A DNA stretch of 64,000 bases from the human T2T-CHM13v2.0 reference genome, Homo sapiens. The translations under genes and the position numbers were made by a program. Below the pieces are notes generated by a model. It was not told the origin of the DNA and did no database searches. It saw only the letters and a program-made list of their open reading frames with translations. This document shows, piece after piece, positions 52,472 to 64,000 of the stretch; the first letter of the stretch is position 1, and the number at the start of each line of letters is the position of its first letter. The stretch lies in NCBI RefSeq assembly GCF_009914755.1, contig NC_060928.1. One strand, written 5' to 3'.

Positions 52472-55400
52472 CCATCTCCATCCCATCTACACACATCCAC
52501 CCACATATCCACCTGCCATCTCCATCCCATCTACACACATCCACCCACATATCCACACACCACCTCCATCCCATCTACACACATCCACACATGTGCATGC
52601 ACCATCTCCATCCCATCTACACACATCCACCCACATATCCACACACCACCTCCATCCCATCTACACACATCCACCCACATATCCACCTGCCATCTCCATC
52701 CCATCTACACACATGCACACACATATCCACACACCACCTCCATCCCATCTACACACATGCACACATGTGCATGCACCATCTCCATCCCATCTACACACAT
52801 GCACACACATATCCACATGCCATCTCCATCCCATCTACACACATCCACACACATATCCACACACCACCTCCATCCTATCTACACACATCCACACACATAT
52901 CCACACACCATCTCCATCCCATCTACACACATCCACCCACATATCCACCTGCCATCTCCATCCCATCTACACACATCCACCCACATATCCACCTGCCATC
53001 TCCATCCCATCTACACACATCCACCCACATATCCACATGCCATCTCCATCCCATCTACACACATCCACACACATATCCACACACCACCTCGATCCTATCT
53101 ACACACATCCACACACATATCCACACACCATCTCCATCCCATCTACACACATCCACCCACATATCCACACACCATCTCCATCCCATCTACACACATCCAC
53201 ACACATATCCACACACCATCTCCATCCTATCTACACACATCCACACACATATCCACACACCATCTCCATCCCATCTACACACATCCACACACATATCCAC
53301 ACACCATCTCCATCCCATCTACACACATGCACACACATATCCACCTGCCATCTCCATCCCATCTACACACATCCACCCACATATCCACACACCATCTCCA
53401 TCCCATCTACACACATCCACCCACATATCCACCTGCCATCTCCATCCCATCTACACACATCCACCCACATATCCACACGCCATCTCCATCCCATCTACAC
53501 ACATCCACCCACATATCCACCTGCCATCTCCATCCCATCTACACACATCCACCCACATATCCACCTGCCATCTCCATCCCATCTACACACATCCACCCAC
53601 ATATCCACACGCCATCTCCATCCCATCTACACACATCCACCCACATATCCACACGCCATCTCCATCCCATCTACACACATCCACCCACATATCCACACGC
53701 CATCTCCATCCCATCTACACACATCCACCCACATATCCACACGCCATCTCCATCCCATCTACACACATCCACCCACATATCCACACGCCATCTCCATCCC
53801 ATCTACACACATCCACCCACATATCCACCTGCCATCTCCATCCCATCTACACACATCCACCCACATATCCACCTGCCATCTCCATCCCATCTACACACAT
53901 CCACCCACATATCCACACGCCATCTCCATCCCATCTACACACATCCACCCACATATCCACACGCCATCTCCATCCCATCTACACACATGCACACACATAT
54001 CCACACGCCACCTCCATCCCATCTACACACATGCACACACATATCTACCTGCCATCTCCATCCCATCTACACACATGCACACACATATCCACACACCACC
54101 TCCATCCCATCTACACACATGCACACATGTGCATGCACCATCTCCATCCCATCTACACACATGCACACACATATCCACATGCCATCTCCATCCCATCTAC
54201 ACACATCCACACACATATCCACACACCACCTCCATCCCATCTACACACATCCACACACATATCCACACACCATCTCCATCCCATCTACACACATCCACCC
54301 ACATATCCACACACCATCTCCATCCCATCTACACACATCCACACACATATCCACACACCATCTCCATCCTATCTACACACATCCACACACATATCCACAC
54401 ACCATCTCCATCCCATCTACACACATGCACACACATATCCACACACCATCTCCATCCCATCTACACACATCCACACACATATCCACACACCATCTCCATC
54501 CCATCTACACACATCCACACACATATCCACACACCACCTCCATCCTATCTACACACATCCACACACATATCCACACACCATCTCCATCCCATCTACACAC
54601 ATCCACCCACATATCCACCTGCCATCTCCATCCCATCTACACACATCCATCCACATATCCACCTGCCATCTCCATCCCATCTACACACATCCACCCACAT
54701 ATCCACATGCCATCTCCATCCCATCTACACACATCCACACACATATCCACACACCACCTCGATCCTATCTACACACATCCACACACATATCCACACACCA
54801 TCTCCATCCCATCTACACACATCCACCCACATATCCACACACCATCTCCATCCCATCTACACACATCCACACACATATCCACACACCATCTCCATCCTAT
54901 CTACACACATCCACACACATATCCACACACCATCTCCATCCCATCTACACACATCCACACACATATCCACACACCATCTCCATCCCATCTACACACATGC
55001 ACACACATATCCACCTGCCATCTCCATCCCATCTACACACATCCACCCACATATCCACACACCATCTCCATCCCATCTACACACATCCACCCACATATCC
55101 ACCTGCCATCTCCATCCCATCTACACACATCCACCCACATATCCACACGCCATCTCCATCCCATCTACACACATCCACACACATATCCACCTGCCATCTC
55201 CATCCCATCTACACACATCCACCCACATATCCACATGCCATCTCCATCCCATCTACACACATCCACCCACATATCCACCTGCCATCTCCATCCCATCTAC
55301 ACACATCCACCCACATATCCACCTGCCATCTCCATCCCATCTACACACATCCACCCACATATCCACACACCATCTCCATCCCATCTACACACATCCACAC

Positions 55401-55785
55401 ACATATCCACACACCATCTCCATCCCATCTACACACATGCACACATGTGCATGCACCATCTCCATCCCATCTACACACATCCACCCACATATCCACCTGC
55501 CATCTCCATCCCATCTACACACACCCACCCACATATCCACCTGCCATCTCCATCCTATCTACACACATCCACACACATATCCACACGCCATCTCCATCCC
55601 ATCTACACACATGCACACATGTGCATGCACCATCTCCATCCCATCTACACACATCCACCCACATATCCACCTGCCATCTCCATCCCATCTACACACACCC
55701 ACCCACATATCCACCTGCCATCTCCATCCTATCTACACACATCCACACACATATCCACACACCATCTCCATCCCATCTACACACA
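52472..55785. repeat. Large 44-bp VNTR, about 75 copies (ccatctccatcccatctacacacatccacccacatatccacctg; 42-bp variants)
   Basis: 44-bp period read directly (52472, 52516, ...). Confidence 0.99.
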
Positions 55786-56956
55786 GGGTCGAGCGCTCTC
55801 AAGATCCATCCCCAGGCATAGTCTCCTCATTCCTGCTGGTTTCTGTTCGCCATGTCTCAGCCCCACCGGCAGTAACTTATCCCCTCCATGAGCAGGGCTC
55901 TCCCTTCCCAGGTTGCCCAGGCTGAGACTGGACACTAGTTAAGCGCTTGGCAGACAGAAGGGCCGTTCTTAAGAGGGCAAGTGTAGTTTTGCTAGGCATG
56001 GGCCCTGAGTGGGGCTCCTCACGGGCTTTGAGTAGGGGCCTGGTGTTTCCAGAAAGGAGGGATGAGTCCCACCCGCCCATGCTTCGGACAAGCTGAGGCC
56101 CCTTCTTCCCTCTTGGGGTCTGCCCCTGGGAGCTATGCTAAGGCTGAGATTCAGCCGTCTTCAGTTCTCCAGCCTCACGGCCACATCCTGCTCCTGACCC
56201 GCAGCACAGCCGGCCCTGGGAAAGGAAGCAAGAGCCCCTTAGACTCTGTGAGGAGGCCTCTGTGCCCTTTGCCTGGCCCTCATTGTCCTGGAAACTTTTC
56301 TGGGTTTCTGGTGAGACAAGATGCTCTGGAGACAGCCATTTCCAAGGCTGAGGTTAATGCAGGTGACGGGGCAGTCCAGGGCAGGAGCCGGAGACAGCCG
56401 TTTCCAAGGCTGAGGTTAACGCAGGAGACGGGGAAGGCCAGGGCAGGAGCAGTTGCCCCCAGAGCCCTCCCCACCTCCACACACAACAGCCCTCTCCCCA
56501 CGCAGCAGGAGGGAAAAGGATCCCACTCCTGAGAGGTTGCGCTGGGCATTCTGGGCTCAAGGACAACAGCAGAGCCAATCATGGGAATTAAATAAAAGGC
56601 CTCTTGCTGATCAGGAAAGGGAGCCGAGGCCCCGGGTGCAGGTGGTGAGACGTGGACCCCAGGCGTGGCATTGGAGGCTCCTCCAGGGACAGCATTGATC
56701 TGGTTGCCCAGGACAGGCACAGCTCATACTGTGTTCTGGAGCCGTGGACGGAAGCCCCTCCCTCTCAGCAGTGTCTCTGTGTGGATGACAGATTGTCAAC
56801 ACCCTACTTAAGAGACGAGAACTCCAGACGGTGACTATTGCTAGGGCTCCCCCAAAGCAGACAGCCCCCGCCTCCTCTCCCGGCTTCTCTCAGTCAGGAG
56901 CTGACACCCAAGGGTCACCAGACAGGCAGAGACGAAAAGAAGAAAGGAACTCCCTA

Positions 56957-57721
<765 letters not shown>

Positions 57722-58096
57722 GTCATACAATAAAGGACAAAGTTATAAAAGACCCATATATGGATATCTATAGATGTAGATACACACACATATAATGAGA
57801 ATGATAAAATGAGATCTCTGCCTCACAATATAAACAAAAATAAATTCCCAGATGGATTACAGGCCTAAATATGAAAGCAAAACTGTAAAACTTTTACAAG
57901 AGAAGGAAACATCAGGATAAGGGAGAATTTTCTAAGCCAGAAACAGGAAGCGTGGCCTTAAAGGGAATAATAAAAAATGTGATCTATTTTTTGCCAAATG
58001 AAAAGACAACTACATTGCAGGATAAGGTATTTGCAAACCCAGAGGAGTGGTATCCAAATTATGTGACATGGACTCCTAAAAGTCAATCAAAAATAA

Positions 58097-58415
<319 letters not shown>

Positions 58416-58719
58416 GAAAACCAGTTTTTAAAGCTAAGGAACAGGAACACAGAGGAAGACACTGAGCCATCAGTAAAGACGCCTCACTAGTAACTGTGGA
58501 AACGCAGATGAGGTCAGCAAGGTTGACCTCACACCAGCAAATGACAAAATCACACCAAGTGCTCAGCAAGGCAGAGGAGATGGGTTCCCTGTGCTGCTGG
58601 TGTGGCTCACAGATGTTGTATGTTGGGACCTTCACGGAGCACAGCAACCCTGCAGTGCCTGGCAGACATGCCCTCGGACACACGCCTGGGTGTGGGACCT
58701 GAAGAAAGTCCCATCTCTG

Positions 58720-59267
<548 letters not shown>

Positions 59268-59732
59268 TCATTTATCTGAAGTTTTCAAATATACAAAACA
59301 ATACAATATCGTGCGTACAGGCACACAGTGATGGCACAAACACAGAAACATGGCCACAGCCAACACCTGGCCAGCCACAGGCGTGAGGTGACCACAGGGT
59401 CAGGGGAGGATAAGGGGAAGCTCTAGCTACTCCTGTAAGTTTACGTCTTTAAAAATAAAAGGGAAATGTGGATCAAATATGGGGAAAAATTTTAACTATT
59501 ATAACTTAAATTTTTTGTATTTTAATTTTGATATCAATGCAAACTGAATCTCAATGATGGGTACATCTGTGTATATTATGTCCGGTACTACATGCTCAAC
59601 ATTTTTCCTAATTCAAAATTAAAGAAGCTTGTGGGGAAAAGAGACTACTCTAAGTTAGACTAGTCAGCAACCACTAGCTTTGAGCTAGCCTGGGTGACAG
59701 AGACTCTGTCTCAATCCCCCCCAACCCCCCCA

Positions 59733-59839
59733 AAAAAGAAAATGATTTGGGGCTGCTTTTCATTACAAAGAAAAGCCTTACCAAGGACTCCCATGCCCTT
59801 GCTATCTGCCTAAGCAATTCCTTCTTAACGCCTATATCA
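59733..59839 (-). mobile_element. MER51-like LTR 5' fragment
   Basis: Reverse complement TGATATAGGCGTTAAGAAGGAATTGCTTAGGCAGATAG...GCAGCCCCAAATCATTTTC. Confidence 0.7.
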
Positions 59840-59842
59840 CTG

Positions 59843-60179
59843 GCACCTGGCGTCCCAGCACCTGGCGTCCCAGCACCTGGCGTCCCAGCACCTAGAGTCC
59901 CAGCACCTGGAGTCCCAGCACCTAGAGTCCCAGCACCTGGCGTCCCAGCACCTAGAGTCCCAGCACCTGGCGTCCCAGCACCTAGAGTCCCAGCACCTGG
60001 CGTCCCAGCACCTAGAGTCCCAGCACCTGGAGTCCCAGCACCTAGAGTCCCAGCACCTGGAGTCCCAGCACCTAGAGTCCCAGCACCTGGCGTCCCAGCA
60101 CCTAGAGTCCCAGCACCTGGAGTCCCAGCACCTAGAGTCCCAGCACCTGGAGTCCCAGCACCTAGAGTCCCAGCACCTC
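59843..60179. repeat. 15-bp VNTR, about 22 copies (gcacctggcgtccca / gcacctagagtccca alternating)
   Basis: Direct reading. Confidence 0.97.
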
Positions 60180-61821
60180 GTGTCCTCGACCTGTTTGATG
60201 GGTGTTGAATGAAGAAAATGAAAAAGACTCGTTAGTAGACAGCGCTGAGTTGAAGGTCTTAGGGACAGGTGTGTGTAGTGCATGTGAGACAGATTGAGGA
60301 TGGATGGGTGGAGGGTGGAGCCACTAGCAGAGAAGGGAAAGCTGTCGGGTTTGGGGGAAAGTCTGAGTCTGGCGTCTTGGGGGACCCCGAAGGGGTGGTG
60401 AGCAGGCAGATGTAAGCACCCAGAGGTCTGGAGGTAGGTCGTGGTTTTCACACTGCTCACCCACTACCTGGGCTTATCAAACTCCCACAAATGCCACCTG
60501 GGAACAGAACCTGGGTCCTGCCTTGCAGCTGGAATAGGGCCGGGTTCAGATTCCAGGAGAGCGCCTGAATCAACAGCTGCTGTCAGCTCCATCCTTGATC
60601 ACAGAAGCATGTTCTCCAAGCCTCCATTTTCCCACCTATAAAGCGATTGTTTTCAGGATAAGGGAGGCAGTGAACCCACAGCCTTGGCAAAGAGGGTCTG
60701 CCCTGAGATATGCTCACAGGACAATTAGCTTTGATGAGGTGCTGCTGATGCCAATGAAGTCGGTGTGCACTCGGCGTGCGGGCAGCGTTGTCTGGTTCAC
60801 TGCAGAATCCCAGAGGCTCACACAGAACCTTCCATGAATGCTTGTTAAATGTGGTATCATAACCTTCAGCAGGTGACAGGCACCAAGGGGCGTGGCCGCC
60901 TGGAGCATAGAAAGTCCTTGGAGCCTTCTGTTCCCAGCGCAGCCTTGAGAAATGGGTGGGGATGGGCCAGACAGGCGGAGTGGGGTGGGCTCCACAGGAG
61001 CTCGGAGCAAATTCCACACGGAGCGGTTCCTTCCAGCAGCAGCATGTGTGGGTGGCACAGTGGCAGATGAGCTTCAATGTGGGAGAACGCAAAGTCACGC
61101 ACTTAAGGAAAAAATAACCCGAGTTACGCTTAAAAAGGCAGGAGGGGCCCTCCTGGGCAGGCCCCCACAGACTCTCTGGGAGTATCATTCCTGTTCCCAC
61201 GGGGGCTGGGGGAGGTGCAGGCACCTGGAGGGCCTGAGACAGCTGTGGGAAGCTCTGCAGCAAGGGGGCAGCTCCAGGGAGGCTCCCAGCAATGGTGGCC
61301 TCTGGCTGGCCCAGGACAGTAGGGAGGGGACAGACCTTAGGGGTGGTAGGAGCAGGCAGAAAGAAAGCTCCTAAAATGAACAGGATTGAGGCCAGCCCTG
61401 AAGCTCCTGCAGCTGCTCTGAGGCAGGGAGACCCCCAGGAAGAGAGGGGCCCCCAGAGGGAGAGGAGCCCCCTGGAAGGTGGCACAGCGGCCACTTTGGA
61501 GGGGGAGTGACAGCACCCATCTGGATTTGCAAAATAATTCAGTTATTTGTGGCTGTTACATGAAAATATTTGCAAATAAGCCAAATGTATTTTCAGAAAG
61601 TATTTCCCCTTAGGCAATTACTTTTAATGATTCAGCTTTTTTTTTTTTTTTTTCATCTGACAGATCTATTCAGGTTTGTGAATACCCGTGGTCTGCCATG
61701 GACTGGGCCTTTGACCAGCCACAGGGCAGCGTCCTTGCCACCAGCCGCCTGAGCTCCACAGCAGCCAGCCTGGCACCCGCATTGCATGAGGGAGATGCCA
61801 ACCTCGAGCTTCCACTCAGCT

Positions 61822-62212
61822 CTGCACCAGGTTGAATGGTGTCCCCCCAAATTCTTGATCCAGAACTTCAGAATATGGCCTTATTTGGAAATGGGGTCTT
61901 CACAGATCACACTGGATTAGATGGGCAACAAGAGCGTCTTTGTAGGAGACCGAGAAGGGCACACGGACACACGGCAGAGAGCCCCCATGAAGGCAGCAGA
62001 GGCTGGCACAATGTGGCTACAAGCCATGGAAGCCCAGGGTGCCAACAGCCATCAGGAGCCAGAGGCCTGGGACAGATTCTCCCTCAGAGCCTCTAGAAGG
62101 GGCCAGCCTGGCTGACGCCATGATCTTGGACTTCCAGCTGAGAATCCATAGTTACTGTTCTAAGACACCCAGGGTGTGGTAGTTTGTTACAGCGCCCCAG
62201 GAAATTAATACA
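61822..62212 (+). mobile_element. MLT1C-like MaLR LTR
   Basis: ggttgaatggtgtcccc...ccttatttggaaat...cagattctccctcagagcctc...gtagtttgttacagc...aattaataca. Confidence 0.8.
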
Positions 62213-62359
62213 GGTCCTAAAATGTCTAGGCCTCTGAGGCAGTACAGACCCCTGAGGCAGAACAGATCCCTGAGGCAGTGCCAGGCCCTAAAGCAATACG
62301 AACCCCTGAGGTAGTACAGGCCCCTGAAGATACTCCAGGCCCCTGATGGAGTGCAGAGC

Positions 62360-64000
62360 CCTGAGTGGGTATGGAACCCTGAGTTGTTGGTATGGAACCC
62401 TGGGGTGGTATGGAGCCCTGAGTTGTTGGTATGGAACCCTGAGTTGGGATGGAATGCTGAGTTGGTATGGAGTCCTGAGTTGGTACGGAGCCCTGAGTTG
62501 GTATGGAACTCTGAGTTGGTATGGAAACTTGAGTTGGTATGGAGCCCTGAGTTGGTATGGAGTCCTGAGTTGCTATGGAGCCCTGAGTTGGTATGGAACC
62601 CTGAGTTGGTATGGAATCCTGAGTTGGTATGGAACCTTGAGTTGGTATGGAGCCCTGAGTTGGTATGGAGTCCTGAGTTGGTATGGAGCCCTGAGTTGGT
62701 ATGGAACCCTGAGTTGGTATGGAACCCTGAGTTGTTGGTATGGAACCCTGAGTTGGTATGGAGCCCTCAGTTGGTGTGGAACCCTGAGTTGTTGGTATGG
62801 AACCCTGAGTTGGTATGGAACCTTGAGTTGGTATGGAGTCCTGAGTTGTTACGGAGTCCTGAGTTGGTATGGAACCCTGAGTCGTTGGTATGGAGCCCTG
62901 AGTTGGTATGGAACCCTGAGTTGGTATGGAGTCCTGAGTTGGTATGGAGTCCTGAGTTGGTATGGAAACTTGAGTTGTTGGTGTGGAACCCTGAGTTGGT
63001 ATGGAGCCCTGAGTTGGTATGGAACCCTGAGTTGGTATGGAGCCCTGAGTTGGTATGGAACCCTGAGTTGGTATGGAGTCCTGAGTTGGTATGGAGCCCT
63101 GAGTTGGTATGGAGTCCTGAGTTGGTATGGAGTCCTGAGTTGGTATGGAACCTTGAGTTGGTATGGAGTCCTGAGTTGGTATGGAACTCTGAGTTGGTAT
63201 GGAGCCCTGAGTTGTTGGTATGGAACCCTGAGTTGTTGGTATGGAACTCTGAGTTGGTATGGAGCCCTGAGTTGGTATGGAGCCCTGAGTTGGTATGGAA
63301 CTCTGAGTTGTTATGGAGCCCTGAGTTGTTGGTGTGGAACCCTGAGTTGTTGGTATGGAACTCTGAGTTGGTATGGAGCCCTGAGTTGGTATGGAGTCCT
63401 GAGTTGATATGGAACCCTGAGTTGGTATGGAGTCCTGACTTGGTATGGAGCCCTGAGTTGTTGATATGGAACTCTGAGTTAGTATGGAGCACTGAGTTGG
63501 TATGGAACTCTGAGTTGGTATGGAACCTTCAGTTGGTATGGAGCCCTGAGTTGATATGGAACTCTGAGTTGGTATGGAGCCCTGAGTTGGTATGGAATCC
63601 TGAGTTGATATGGAACCTTGAGTTGGTATGGAACTCTGAGTTGGTATGGAGCACTGAGTTGGTATGGAACCCTGAGTTGGTATGGAACCCTGAGTTGGTA
63701 TGGAGCCCTCAGTTGCTATGGAGCCTTTATTTGGTATGGAACTCTGAATTGGTATGGAACCCTGAGTTGGTATGGGACCCTGAGTTTTTGGTATGGAGCC
63801 CTGTGTTGGTATGGAACCCTGAGTTGGTATGTAGCCTTGAGTTGGTATGGAACTCTGAGTTGGTATGTAGCCTTGAGTTGGTATGGAACTCTGAGTTGGT
63901 ATGGAACCCTGAGTTGGTGTGGAACCCTGAGTTGTTGGTATGGAGCCCTGAGTTGGTATGGAACCCTGAGTTGTTGGTATGGAGCCCTGAGTTGATATGG
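62360..64000. repeat. 18-bp VNTR (ggaaccctgagttggtat, 21-bp gttgtt variants), runs off the window end
   Basis: About 88 copies read directly. Confidence 0.99.

Noticed and set aside
52358-55925. Three overlapping ORFs over 1100 aa (His/Pro/Thr-rich)
   Set aside because: Translation of a 44-bp VNTR whose + strand lacks stop codons; all three frames give the same cycling peptide; no splice or promoter context.
59747-60460. VPAPG/VPAPR (elastin-like) and RCWDS repeat ORFs
   Set aside because: Artefacts of the 15-bp VNTR, starting within LTR sequence.
60583-61494. 303-aa minus-strand ORF, or a missing 7TM part of the fossil receptor
   Set aside because: No recognisable motifs or TM pattern; overlaps MIR/L2-like fragments and GC-rich unique DNA.
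62346-63995. WYGTLS- and HTNSG-repeat ORFs (353, 241, 125 aa)
   Set aside because: 18/21-bp unit lengths are multiples of 3, so frames stay open by construction; interrupted by sporadic stops.

Overview
Eukaryotic (hominid, most likely human) genomic DNA. Bases 1-37 kb hold the 3' part of PIGG (GPI ethanolamine phosphate transferase 2/GPI7; human 4p16.3) on the + strand: 11 coding exons (3-13 by length arithmetic), all with AG/GT boundaries and compatible phases. They total 2592 nt and end at TAG 36751, with AATAAA at 36890. The introns and the downstream 27 kb are dense in Alu, L1, L2/MIR, LTRs (MER9, MST, MLT2A, MER51, MLT1), DNA transposon relics (Charlie1, MER47A, Hsmar1/MADE1 TIRs), a full-length SVA and many minisatellites (56, 75, 62, 44, 15 and 18 bp units). 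The long ORFs in the track are minisatellite artefacts. The most unexpected signal lies in the non-repeat islands at 39.6-46.7 kb: collinear, + strand, heavily decayed LDL-receptor class A and leucine-rich-repeat coding relics. These suggest a fossil (unitary pseudogene) LDLa-LRR receptor gene downstream of PIGG. This was read by eye and needs alignment to confirm. Repeat subfamily names come from recalled consensus sequences and their boundaries are approximate unless a TSD is given.
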